Shown: piece by piece, positions 28,050-42,500 of the stretch | Layout: every line of letters begins with the position of its first letter | How positions within the stretch are numbered: position 1 is the stretch's first letter | Assembly (NCBI GenBank): GCA_964057225.1 | Contig: OZ059896.1 | Location: 1-64,000 of the forward strand | Direction of reading: 5' to 3' | DNA from: Auanema rhodensis | Lineage: Eukaryota; Animalia; Nematoda | Length of the DNA stretch: 64,000 nt | Made by a program: the position numbers and the translations under genes | Notes under the pieces: generated by a model | The model's input: the letters and a program-made list of their open reading frames with translations, nothing else | Told to the model about the DNA's origin: nothing | The model's database searches: none

Positions 28050-30500
28050 CTCTTTATCTTTCACGTGAAGCGAGTTACATACCAAGTGCACATCACGTGT
28101 ACATTTAATTAGCATAAATTAAAGTTCACGTAAATTTCAAAGTCATGGTTACCATGAACCAATATCAATAAAAATTTGTTTTTAGACTAATATGGACATG
28201 GGGAATCTAATTTTGAAAACCGCATCTCTTATCTTTCACGTGAAGCGAGTTACATACCAAGTGCACATCACGTGTACATTTAATTAGCATAAATTAAAGT
28301 TCACGTAAATTTCAAAGTCATGGTTACCATGCACCAATATCAATAAAAATTTGTTTTTAGACTAATATGGACATGGGGAATCTAATTTTGAAAACCGCAT
28401 CTCTTTATCTTTCACGTGAAGCGAGTTACATACCAAGTGCACATCACGTGTACATTTAATTAGCATAAATTAAAGTTCACGTAAATTTCAAAGTCATGGT
28501 TACCATGAACCAATATCAATAAAAATTTGTTTTTAGACTAATATGGACATGGGGAATCTAATATTGAAAACCGCATCTCTTTATCTTTCACGTGAAGCGA
28601 GTTACATACCAAGTGCACATCACGTGTACATTTAATTAGCATAAATTAAAGTTCACGTAACTTTCAAAGTCATGGTTACCATGCACCAATATCAATAAAA
28701 ATTTGTTTTTAGACTAATATGGACATGGGGAATCTAATTTTGAAAACCGCATCTCTTTATCTTTCACGTGAAGCGAGTTACATACCAAGTGCACATCACG
28801 TGTACATTTAATTAGCATAAATTAAAGTTTACGTAAATTTCAAAGTCATGGTTACCATGCACCAATATCAATAAAAATTTGTTTTTAGACTAATATGGAC
28901 ATGGGGAATCTAATTTTGAAAACCGCATCTCTTTATCTTTCACGTGAAGCGAGTTACATACCAAGTGCACATCACGTGTACATTTAATTAGCATAAATTA
29001 AAGTTCACGTAAATTTCAAAGTCATGGTTACCATGAACCAATATCAATAAAAATTTGTTTTTAGACTAATATGGACATGGGGAATCTAATTTTGAAAACC
29101 GCATCTCTTTATCTTTCACGTGAAGCGAGTTACATACCAAGTGCACATCACGTGTACATTTAATTAGCATAAATTAAAGTTCACGTAAATTTCAAAGTCA
29201 TGGTTACCATGCACCAATATCAATAAAAATTTGTTTTTAGACTAATATGGACATGGGGAATCTAATTTTGAAAACCGCATCTCTTTATCTTTCACGTGAA
29301 GCGAGTTACATACCAAGTGCACATCACGTGTACATTTAATTAGCATAAATTAAAGTTCACGTAAATTTCAAAGTCATGGTTACCATGAACCAATATCAAT
29401 AAAAATTTGTTTTTAGACTAATATGGACATGGGGAATCTAATTTTGAAAACCGCATCTCTTATCTTTCACGTGAAGCGAGTTACATACCAAGTGCACATC
29501 ACGTGTACATTTAATTAGCATAAATTAAAGTTCACGTAAATTTCAAAGTCATGGTTACCATGCACCAATATCAATAAAAATTTGTTTTTAGACTAATATG
29601 GACATGGGGAATCTAATTTTGAAAACCGCATCTCTTTATCTTTCACGTGAAGCGAGTTACATACCAAGTGCACATCACGTGTACATTTAATTAGCATAAA
29701 TTAAAGTTCACGTAAATTTCAAAGTCATGGTTACCATGAACCAATATCAATAAAAATTTGTTTTTAGACTAATATGGACATGGGGAATCTAATATTGAAA
29801 ACCGCATCTCTTTATCTTTCACGTGAAGCGAGTTACATACCAAGTGCACATCACGTGTACATTTAATTAGCATAAATTAAAGTTCACGTAACTTTCAAAG
29901 TCATGGTTACCATGCACCAATATCAATAAAAATTTGTTTTTAGACTAATATGGACATGGGGAATCTAATTTTGAAAACCGCATCTCTTTATCTTTCACGT
30001 GAAGCGAGTTACATACCAAGTGCACATCACGTGTACATTTAATTAGCATAAATTAAAGTTCACGTAAATTTCAAAGTCATGGTTACCATGCACCAATATC
30101 AATAAAAATTTGTTTTTAGACTAATATGGACATGGGGAATCTAATTTTGAAAACCGCATCTCTTTATCTTTCACGTGAAGCGAGTTACATACCAAGTGCA
30201 CATCACGTGTACATTTAATTAGCATAAATTAAAGTTCACGTAAATTTCAAAGTCATGGTTACCATGAACCAATATCAATAAAAATTTGTTTTTAGACTAA
30301 TATGGACATGGGGAATCTAATTTTGAAAACCGCATCTCTTTATCTTTCACGTGAAGCGAGTTACATACCAAGTGCACATCACGTGTACATTTAATTAGCA
30401 TAAATTAAAGTTCACGTAAATTTCAAAGTCATGGTTACCATGCACCAATATCAATAAAAATTTGTTTTTAGACTAATATGGACATGGGGAATCTAATTTT
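28050..30500 (+). repeat. 7-monomer (1231-bp) tandem duplication
   Basis: 1-bp deletion ~28230/~29461; AATATTG 28563/29794; TAACTTT 28661/29892. Confidence 0.8.
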
Positions 30501-33500
30501 GAAAACCGCATCTCTTTATCTTTCACGTGAAGCGAGTTACATACCAAGTGCACATCACGTGTACATTTAATTAGCATAAATTAAAGTTCACGTAAATTTC
30601 AAAGTCATGGTTACCATGCACCAATATCAATAAAAATTTGTTTTTAGACTAATATGGACATGGGGAATCTAATTTTGCAAACCGCATCTTTTCATCTTTC
30701 ACGTGAAGCGAGTTACATACCAAGTGCACATCACGTGTACATTTAATTAGCATTAATTAAAGTTCACGTAAATTTCAAAGTCATGGTTACCATGAACCAA
30801 TATCAATAAAAATTTGTTTTTAGACTAATATGGACATGGGGAATCTAATTTTGAAAACCGCATCTCTTTATCTTTCACGTGAAGCGAGTTACATACCAAG
30901 TGCACATCACGTGTACATTTAATTAGCATAAATTAAAGTTCACGTAACTTTCAAAGTCATGGTTACCATGCACCAATGTCAATAAAAATTTGTTTTTAGA
31001 CTAATATGGACATGGGGAATCTAATTTTGCAAACCGCATCTCTTCATCTTTCACGTGAAGCGAGTTACATACCAAGTGCACATCACGTGTACATTTAATT
31101 AGCATTAATTAAAGTTCACGTAAATTTCAAAGTCATGGTTACCATGAACCAATATCAATAAAATTTTGTTTTTAGACTAATATGGACATGGGGAATCTAA
31201 TATTGAAAACCGCATCTCTTTATCTTTCACGTGAAGCGAGTTACATACCAAGTGCACATCACGTGTACATTTAATTAGCATAAATTAAAGTTCACGTAAA
31301 TTTCAAAGTCATGGTTACCATGCACCAATATCAATAAAATTTTGTTTTTAGACTAATATGGACATGGGGAATCTAATTTTGCAAACCGCATCTCTTCATC
31401 TTTCACGTGAAGCGAGTTACATACCAAGTGCACATCACGTGTACATTTAATTAGCATTAATTAAAGTTCACGTAAATTTCAAAGTCATGGTTACCATGAA
31501 CCAATATCAATAAAAATTTGTTTTTAGACTAATATGGACATGGGGAATCTAATTTTGAAAACCGCATCTCTTTATCTTTCACGTGAAGCGAGTTACATAC
31601 CAAGTGCACATCACGTGTACATTTAATTAGCATAAATTAAAGTTCACGTAACTTTCAAAGTCATGGTTACCATGCACCAATATCAATAAAAATTTGTTTT
31701 TAGACTAATATGGACATGGGGAATCTAATTTTGAAAACCGCATCTCTTTATCTTTCACGTGAAGCGAGTTACATACCAAGTGCACATCACGTGTACATTT
31801 AATTAGCATAAATTAAAGTTCACGTAACTTTCAAAGTCATGGTTACCATGCACCAATATCAATAAAAATTTGTTTTTAGACTAATATGGACATGGGGAAT
31901 CTAATTTTGAAAACCGCATCTCTTTATCTTTCACGTGAAGCGAGTTACATACCAAGTGCACATCACGTGTACATTTAATTAGCATAAATTAAAGTTCACG
32001 TAAATTTCAAAGTCATGGTTACCATGCACCAATATCAATAAAAATTTGTTTTTAGACTAATATGGACATGGGGAATCTAATTTTGAAAACCGCATCTCTT
32101 TATCTTTCACGTGAAGCGAGTTACATACCAAGTGCACATCACGTGTACATTTAATTAGCATAAATTAAAGTTCACGTAAATTTCAAAGTCATGGTTACCA
32201 TGAACCAATATCAATAAAAATTTGTTTTTAGACTAATATGGACATGGGGAATCTAATTTTGAAAACCGCATCTCTTTATCTTTCACGTGAAGCGAGTTAC
32301 ACACCAAGTGCACATCACGTGTACATTTAATTAGCATAAATTAAAGTTCACGTAAATTTCAAAGTCATGGTTACCATGCACCAATATCAATAAAAATTTG
32401 TTTTTAGACTAATATGGACATGGGGAATCTAATTTTGAAAACCGCATCTCTTTATCTTTCACGTGAAGCGAGTTACATACCAAGTGCACATCACGTGTAC
32501 ATTTAATTAGCATAAATTAAAGTTCACGTAAATTTCAAAGTCATGGTTACCATGCACCAATATCAATAAAAATTTGTTTTTAGACTAATATGGACATGGG
32601 GAATCTAATTTTGCAAACCGCATCTCTTCATCTTTCACGTGAAGCGAGTTACATACCAAGTGCACATCACGTGTACATTTAATTAGCATTAATTAAAGTT
32701 CACGTAAATTTCAAAGTCATGGTTACCATGCACCAATATCAATAAAAATTTGTTTTTAGACTAATATGGACATGGGGAATCTAATTTTGCAAACCGCATC
32801 TCTTCATCTTTCACGTGAAGCGAGTTACATACCAAGTGCACATCACGTGTACATTTAATTAGCATTAATTAAAGTTCACGTAAATTTCAAAGTCATGGTT
32901 ACCATGAACCAATATCAATAAAATTTTGTTTTTAGACTAATATGGACATGGGGAATCTAATATTGAAAACCGCATCTCTTTATCTTTCACGTGAAGCGAG
33001 TTACATACCAAGTGCACATCACGTGTACATTTAATTAGCATAAATTAAAGTTCACGTAAATTTCAAAGTCATGGTTACCATGCACCAATATCAATAAAAA
33101 TTTGTTTTTAGACTAATATGGACATGGGGAATCTAATTTTGCAAACCGCATCTCTTCATCTTTCACGTGAAGCGAGTTACATACCAAGTGCACATCACGT
33201 GTACATTTAATTAGCATTAATTAAAGTTCACGTAAATTTCAAAGTCATGGTTACCATGAACCAATATCAATAAAAATTTGTTTTTAGACTAATATGGACA
33301 TGGGGAATCTAATTTTGAAAACCGCATCTCTTTATCTTTCACGTGAAGCGAGTTACATACCAAGTGCACATCACGTGTACATTTAATTAGCATAAATTAA
33401 AGTTCACGTAACTTTCAAAGTCATGGTTACCATGCACCAATATCAATAAAAATTTGTTTTTAGACTAATATGGACATGGGGAATCTAATTTTGAAAACCG

Positions 33501-36500
33501 CATCTCTTTATCTTTCACGTGAAGCGAGTTACATACCAAGTGCACATCACGTGTACATTTAATTAGCATAAATTAAAGTTCACGTAAATTTGAAAGTCAT
33601 GGTTACCATGCACCAATATCAATAAAAATTTGTTTTTAGACTAATATGGACATGGGGAATCTAATTTTGAAAACCGCATCTCTTTATCTTTCACGTGAAG
33701 CGAGTTACATACCAAGTGCACATGACGTGTACATTTAATTAGCATAAATTAAAGTTCACGTAAATTTCAAAGTCATGGTTACCATGCACCAATGTCAATA
33801 AAAATTTGTTTTTAGACTAATATGGACATGGGGAATCTAATTTTGCAAACCGCATCTCTTCATCTTTCACGTGAAGCGAGTTACATACCAAGTGCACATC
33901 ACGTGTACATTCAATTAGCATAAATTAAAGTTCACGTAAATTTCAAAGTCATGGTTACCATGAACCAATATCAATAAAAATTTGTTGTTAGACTAATGTG
34001 GACATGGGGAATCTAATATTGAAAACCGCATCTCTTTATCTTTCACGTGAAGCGAGTTACATACCAAGTGCACATCACGTGTACATTTAATTAGCATAAA
34101 TTAAAGTTCACGTAAATTTCAAAGTCATGGTTACCATGCACCAATATCAATAAAAATTTGTTTTTAGACTAATATGGACATGGGGAATCTAATTTTGCAA
34201 ACCGCATCTCTTCATCTTTCACGTGAAGCGAGTTACATACCAAGTGCACATCACGTGTACATTTAATTAGCATTAATTAAAGTTCACGTAAATTTCAAAG
34301 TCATGGTTACCATGAACCAATATCAATAAAAATTTGTTTTTAGACTAATATGGACATGGGGAATCTAATTTTGAAAACCGCATCTCTTTATCTTTCACGT
34401 GAAGCGAGTTACATACCAAGTGCACATCACGTGTACATTTAATTAGCATAAATTAAAGTTCACGTAAATTTGAAAGTCATGGTTACCATGCACCAATATC
34501 AATAAAAATTTGTTTTTAGACTAATATGGACATGGGGAATCTAATTTTGAAAACCGCATCTCTTTATCTTTCACGTGAAGCGAGTTACATACCAAGTGCA
34601 CATGACGTGTACATTTAATTAGCATAAATTAAAGTTCACGTAAATTTCAAAGTCATGGTTACCATGCACCAATGTCAATAAAAATTTGTTTTTAGACTAA
34701 TATGGACATGGGGAATCTAATTTTGCAAACCGCATCTCTTCATCTTTCACGTGAAACGAGTTACATACCAAGTGCACATCACGTGTACATTCAATTAGCA
34801 TAAATTAAAGTTCACGTAAATTTCAAAGTCATGGTTACCATGCACCAATATCAATAAAAATTTGTTTTTAGACTAATATGGACATGGGGAATCTAATTTT
34901 GAAAACCGCATCTCTTTATCTTTCACGTGAAGCGAGTTACATACCAAGTGCACATCACGTGTACATTTAATTAGCATAAATTAAAGTTCACGTAAATTTC
35001 AAAGTCATGGTTACCATGAACCAATATCAATAAAAATTTGTTTTTAGACTAATATGGACATGGGGAATCTAATTTTGAAAACCGCATCTCTTTATCTTTC
35101 ACGTGAAGAGAGTTACATACCAAGTGCACATCACGTGTACATTTAATTAGCATAAATTAAAGTTCACGTAAATTTCAAAGTCATGGTTAGCATGCACCAA
35201 TATCAATAAAAATTTGTTTTTAGACTAATATGGACATGGGGAATCTAATTTTGAAAACCGCATCTCTTTATCTTTCACGTGAAGCGAGTTACATACCAAG
35301 TGCACATCACGTGTACATTTAATTAGCATAAATTAAAGTTCACGTAAATTTCAAAGTCATGGTTACCATGCACCAATATCAATAAAAATTTGTTTTTAGA
35401 CTAATATGGACATGGGGAATCTAATTTTGAAAACCGCATCTCTTTATCTTTCACGTGAAGCGAGTTACATACCAAGTGCACATCACGTGTACATTTAATT
35501 AGCATTAATTAAAGTTCACGTAAATTTCAAAGTCATGGTTACCATGAACCAATATCAATAAAAATTTGTTTTTAGACTAATATGGACATGGGAAATCTAA
35601 TTTTGAAAACCGCATCTCTTTATCTTTCACGTGAAGCGAGTTACATACCAAGTGCACATCACGTGTACATTTAATTAACATAAATTAAAGTTCACGTAAA
35701 TTTCAAAGTCATGGTTACCATGAACCAATATCAATAAAAATTTGTTTTTAGACTAATATGGACATGGGGAATCTAATTTTGAAAACCGCATCTCTTTATC
35801 TTTCACGTGAAGCGAGTTACATACCAAGTGCACATCACGTGTACATTTAATTAGCATAAATTAAAGTTCACGTAACTTTCAAAGTCATGGTTACCATGCA
35901 CCAATATCAATAAAAATTTGTTTTTAGACTAATATGGACATGGGGAATCTAATTTTGAAAACCGCATCTCTTTATCTTTCACGTGAAGCGAGTTACATAC
36001 CAAGTGCACATCACGTGTACATTTAATTAGCATAAATTAAAGTTCACGTAAATTTGAAAGTCATGGTTACCATGCACCAATATCAATAAAAATTTGTTTT
36101 TAGACTAATATGGACATGGGGAATCTAATTTTGAAAACCGCATCTCTTTATCTTTCACGTGAAGCGAGTTACATACCAAGTGCACATGACGTGTACATTT
36201 AATTAGCATAAATTAAAGTTCACGTAAATTTCAAAGTCATGGTTACCATGCACCAATGTCAATAAAAATTTGTTTTTAGACTAATATGGACATGGGGAAT
36301 CTAATTTTGCAAACCGCATCTCTTCATCTTTCACGTGAAGCGAGTTACATACCAAGTGCACATCACGTGTACATTCAATTAGCATAAATTAAAGTTCACG
36401 TAAATTTCAAAGTCATGGTTACCATGCACCAATATCAATAAAAATTTGTTTTTAGACTAATATGGACATGGGGAATCTAATTTTGACAACCGCATCTCTT

Positions 36501-39500
36501 TATCTTTCACGTGAAGCGAGTTACATACTAAGTGCACATCACGTGTACATTTAATTAGCATAAATTAAAGTTCACGTAAATTTCAAAGTCATGGTTACCA
36601 TGAACCAATATCAATAAAAATTTGTTTTTAGACTAATATGGACATGGGGAATCTAATTTTGAAAACCGCATCTCTTTATCTTTCACGTGAAGAGAGTTAC
36701 ATACCAAGTGCACATCACGTGTACATTTAATTAGCATAAATTAAAGTTCACGTAAATTTCAAAGTCATGGTTAGCATGCACCAATATCAATAAAAATTTG
36801 TTTTTAGACTAATATGGACATGGGGAATCTATTTTTGAAAACCGCATCTCTTTATCTTTCACGTGAAGCGAGTTACATACCAAGTGCACATCACGTGTAC
36901 ATTTAATTAGCATAAATTAAAGTTCACGTAAATTTCAAAGTCATGGTTACCATGCACCAATATCAATAAAAATTTGTTTTTAGACTAATATGGACATGGG
37001 GAATCTAATTTTGAAAACCGCATCTCTTTATCTTTCACGTGAAGCGAGTTACATACCAAGTGCACATCACGTGTACATTTAATTAGCATAAATTAAAGTT
37101 CACGTAAATTTCAAAGTCATGGTTACCATGCACCAATATCAATAAAAATTTGTTTTTAGACTAATATGGACATGGGGAATCTAATTTTGAAAACCGCATC
37201 TCTTCATCTTTCACGTGAAGCGAGTTACATACCAAGTGCACATCACGTGTACATTTAATTAGCATAAATTAAAGTTCACGTAAATTTCAAAGTCATGGTT
37301 ACCATGCACCAATATCAATAAAAATTTGTTTTTAGACTAATATGGACATGGGGAATCTAATTTTGAAAACCGCATCTCTTTATCTTTCACGTGAAGCGAG
37401 TTACATACCAAGTGCACATCACGTGTACATTTAATTAGCATAAATTAAAGTTCACGTAAATTTCAAAGTCATGGTTACCATGAACCAATATCAATAAAAA
37501 TTTGTTTTTAGACTAATATGGACATGGGGAATCTAATTTTGAAAACCGCATCTCTTTATCTTTCACGTGAAGCGAGTTACATACCAAGTGCACATCACGT
37601 GTACATTTAATTAGCATAAATTAAAGTTCACGTAAATTTCAAAGTCATGGTTACCATGCACCAATATCAATAAAAATTTGTTTTTAGACTAATATGGACA
37701 TGGGGAATCTAATATTGAAAACCGCATCTCTTTATCTTTCACGTGAAGCGAGTTACATACCAAGTGCACATCACGTGTACATTTAATTAGCATAAATTAA
37801 AGTTCACGTAACTTTCAAAGTCATGGTTACCATGCACCAATATCAATAAAAATTTGTTTTTAGACTAATATGGACATGAGGAATCTAATTTTGAAAACCG
37901 CATCTCTTTATCTTTCACGTGAAGCGAGTTACATACCAAGTGCACATCACGTGTACATTTAATTAGCATAAATTAAAGTTCACGTAAATTTCAAAGTCAT
38001 GGTTACCATGAACCAATATCAATAAAAATTTGTTTTTAGACTAATATGGACATGAGAAATCTAATTTTGAAAACCGCATCTCTTTATCTTTCACGTGAAG
38101 CGAGTTACATACCAAGTGCACATCACGTGTACATTTAATTAGCATAAATTAAAGTTCACGTAAATTTCAAAGTCATGGTTACCATGAACCAATATCAATA
38201 AAAATTTGTTTTTAGACTAATATGGACATGGGGAATCTAATTTTGAAAACCGCATCTCTTTATCTTTCACGTGAAGCGAGTAACATACCAAGTGCACATC
38301 ACGTGTACATTTAATTAGCATAAATTAAAGTTCACGTAAATTTCAAAGTCATGGTTACCATGAACCAATATCAATAAAAATTTGTTTTTAGACTAATATG
38401 GACATGGGGAATCTAATTTTGAAAACCGCATCTCTTTATCTTTCACGTGAAGCGAGTTACATACCAAGTGCACATCACGTGTACATTTAATTAGCATAAA
38501 TTAAAGTTCACGTAAATTTCAAAGTCATGGTTACCATGCACCAATATCAATAAAAATTTGTTTTTAGACTAATATGGACATGGGGAATCTAATTTTGAAA
38601 ACCGCATCTCTTTATCTTTCACGTGAAGCGAGTTACATACCAAGTGCACATCACGTGTACATTTAATTAGCATAAATTAAAGTTCACGTAAATTTGAAAG
38701 TCATGGTTACCATGCACCAATATCAATAAAAATTTGTTTTTAGACTAATATGGACATGGGGAATCTAATTTTGAAAACCGCATCTCTTTATCTTTCACGT
38801 GAAGCGAGTTACATACCAAGTGCACATCACGTGTACATTTAATTAGCATAAATTAAAGTTCACGTAAATTTCAAAGTCATGGTTACCATGCACCAATATC
38901 AATAAAAATTTGTTTTTAGACTAATATGGACATGGGGAATCTAATATTGAAAACCGCATCTCTTTATCTTTCACGTGAAGCGAGTTACATACCAAGTGCA
39001 CATCACGTGTACATTTAATTAGCATAAATTAAAGTTCACGTAACTTTCAAAGTCATGGTTACCATGCACCAATATCAATAAAAATTTGTTTTTAGACTAA
39101 TATGGACATGGGGAATCTAATTTTGAAAACCGCATCTCTTTATCTTTCACGTGAAGCGAGTTACATACCAAGTGCACATCACGTGTACATTTAATTAGCA
39201 TAAATTAAAGTTCACGTAAATTTCAAAGTCATGGTTACCATGAACCAATATCAATAAAAATTTGTTTTTAGACTAATATGGACATGGGAAATCTAATTTT
39301 GAAAACCGCATCTCTTTATCTTTCACGTGAAGCGAGTTACATACCAAGTGCACATCACGTGTACATTTAATTAGCATAAATTAAAGTTCACGTAAATTTC
39401 AAAGTCATGGTTACCATGAACCAATATCAATAAAAATTTGTTTTTAGACTAATATGGACATGGGGAATCTAATTTTGAAAACCGCATCTCTTTATCTTTC

Positions 39501-42500
39501 ACGTGAAGCGAGTTACATACCAAGTGCACATGACGTGTACATTTAATTAGCATAAATTAAAGTTCACGTAAATTTCAAAGTCATGGTTACCATGCACCAA
39601 TGTCAATAAAAATTTGTTTTTAGACTAATATGGACATGGGGAATCTAATTTTGCAAACCGCATCTCTTCATCTTTCACGTGAAGCGAGTTACATACCAAG
39701 TGCACATCACGTGTACATTCAATTAGCATAAATTAAAGTTCACGTAAATTTCAAAGTCATGATTACCATGCACCAATATCAATAAAAATTTGTTTTTAGA
39801 CTAATATGGACATGGGGAATCTAATTTTGAAAACCGCATCTCTTTATCTTTCACGTGAAGCGAGTTACATACCAAGTGCACATCACGTGTACATTTAATT
39901 AGCATAAATTAAAGTTCACGTAAATTTCAAAGTCATGGTTACCATGAACCAATATCAATAAAAATTTGTTTTTAGACTAATATGGACATGGGGAATCTAA
40001 TTTTGAAAACCGCATCTCTTTATCTTTCACGTGAAGAGAGTTACATACCAAGTGCACATCACGTGTACATTTAATTAGCATAAATTAAAGTTCACGTAAA
40101 TTTCAAAGTCATGGTTACCATGAACCAATATCAATAAAAATTTGTTTTTAGACTAATATGGACATGGGGAATCTAATTTTGAAAACCGCATCTCTTTATC
40201 TTTCACGTGAAGCGAGTTACATACCAAGTGCACATCACGTGTACATTTAATTAGCATAAATTAAAGTTCACGTAACTTTCAAAGTCATGGTTACCATGCA
40301 CCAATATCAATAAAAATTTGTTTTTAGACTAATATGGACATGGGGAATCTAATTTTGAAAACCGCATTTCTTTATCTTTCACGTGAAGCGAGTTACATAC
40401 CAAGTGCACATCACGTGTACATTTAATTAGCATAAATTAAAGTTCACGTAAATTTGAAAGTCATGGTTACCATGCACCAATATCAATAAAAATTTGTTTT
40501 TAGACTAATATGGACATGGGGAATCTAATTTTGAAAACCGCATCTCTTTATCTTTCACGTGAAGCGAGTTACATACCAAGTGCACATCACGTGTACATTT
40601 AATTAGCATAAATTAAAGTTCACGTAAATTTCAAAGTCATGGTTACCATGAACCAATATCAATAAAAATTTGTTTTTAGACTAATATGGACATGGGAAAT
40701 CTAATTTTGAAAACCGCATCTCTTTATCTTTCACGTGAAGCGAGTTACATACCAAGTGCACATCACGTGTACATTTAATTAGCATAAATTAAAGTTCACG
40801 TAAATTTCAAAGTCATGGTTACCATGCACCAATATCAATAAAAATTTGTTTTTAGACTAATATGGACATGGGGAATCTAATTTTGAAAACCGCATCTCTT
40901 TATCTTTCACGTGAAGCGAGTTACATACCAAGTGCACATCACGTGTACATTTAATTAGCATAAATTAAAGTTCACGTAAATTTCAAAGTCATGGTTACCA
41001 TGCACCAATATCAATAAAAATTTGTTTTTAGACTAATATGGACATGGGGAATCTAATTTTGAAAACCGCATCTCTTTATCTTTCACGTGAAGCGAGTTAC
41101 ATACCAAGTGCACATCACGTGTACATTTAATTAGCATAAATTAAAGTTCACGTAAATTTCAAAGTCATGGTTACCATGAACCAATATCAATAAAAATTTG
41201 TTTTTAGACTAATATGGACATGGGGAATCTAATTTTGAAAACCGCATCTCTTCATCTTTCACGTGAAGCGAGTTACATACCAAGTGCACATCACGTGTAC
41301 ATTTAATTAGCATAAATTAAAGTTCACGTAAATTTCAAAGTCATGGTTACCATGCACCAATATCAATAAAAATTTGTTTTTAGACTAATATGGACATGGG
41401 GAATCTAATTTTGAAAACCGCATCTCTTTATCTTTCACGTGAAGCGAGTTACATACCAAGTGCACATCACGTGTACATTTAATTAGCATAAATTAAAGTT
41501 CACGTAAATTTCAAAGTCATGGTTACCATGAACCAATATCAATAAAAATTTGTTTTTAGACTAATATGGACATGGGGAATCTAATTTCGAAAACCGCATC
41601 TCTTTATCTTTCACGTGAAGCGAGTTACATACCAAGTGCACATCACGTGTACATTTAATTAGCATAAATTAAAGTTCACGTAAATTTCAAAGTCATGGTT
41701 ACCATGCACCAATATCAATAAAAATTTGTTTTTAGACTAATATGGACATGGGGAATCTAATTTTGAAAACCGCATCTCTTTATCTTTCACGTGAAGCGAG
41801 TTACATACCAAGTGCACATCACGTGTACATTTAATTAGCATAAATTAAAGTTCACGTAAATTTCAAAGTCATGGTTAGCATGCACCAATATCAATAAAAA
41901 TTTGTTTTTAGACTAATATGGACATGGGGAATCTAATTTTGAAAACCGCATCTCTTTATCTTTCACGTGAAGCGAGTTACATACCAAGTGCACATCACGT
42001 GTACATTTAATTAGCATAAATTAAAGTTCACGTAAATTTCAAAGTCATGGTTACCATGCACCAATATCAATAAAAATTTGTTTTTAGACTAATATGGACA
42101 TGGGGAATCTAATTTTGAAAACCGCATCTCTTTATCTTTCACGTGAAGCGAGTTACATACCAAGTGCACATCACGTGTACATTTAATTAGCATAAATTAA
42201 AGTTCACGTAAATTTCAAAGTCATGGTTACCATGCACCAATATCAATAAAAATTTGTTTTTAAACTAATATGGACATGGGGAATCTAATTTTGAAAACCG
42301 CATCTCTTTATCTTTCACGTGAAGCGAGTTACATACCAAGTGCACATCACGTGTACATTTAATTAGCATTAATTAAAGTTCACGTAAATTTCAAAGTCAT
42401 GGTTACCATGAACCAATATCAATAAAAATTTGTTTTTAGACTAATATGGACATGGGAAATCTAATTTTGAAAACCGCATCTCTTTATCTTTCACGTGAAG

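Larger units (their letters stand above)
1429..28560 (+). repeat. Large segmental duplication within the array (~1429-10970 versus ~18294-28560)
   Basis: Rare markers shift by 16865: 197-mers 1429/18294, 3914/20779, 4639/21504; TCTTACAC 3565/20430; GAGAACC 4622/21487; TCATTCAC 5013/21878. After internal rearrangements they shift by 17590: TTCCAAAG 9843/27433; 1-bp deletion ~10640/~28230. Confidence 0.9.
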
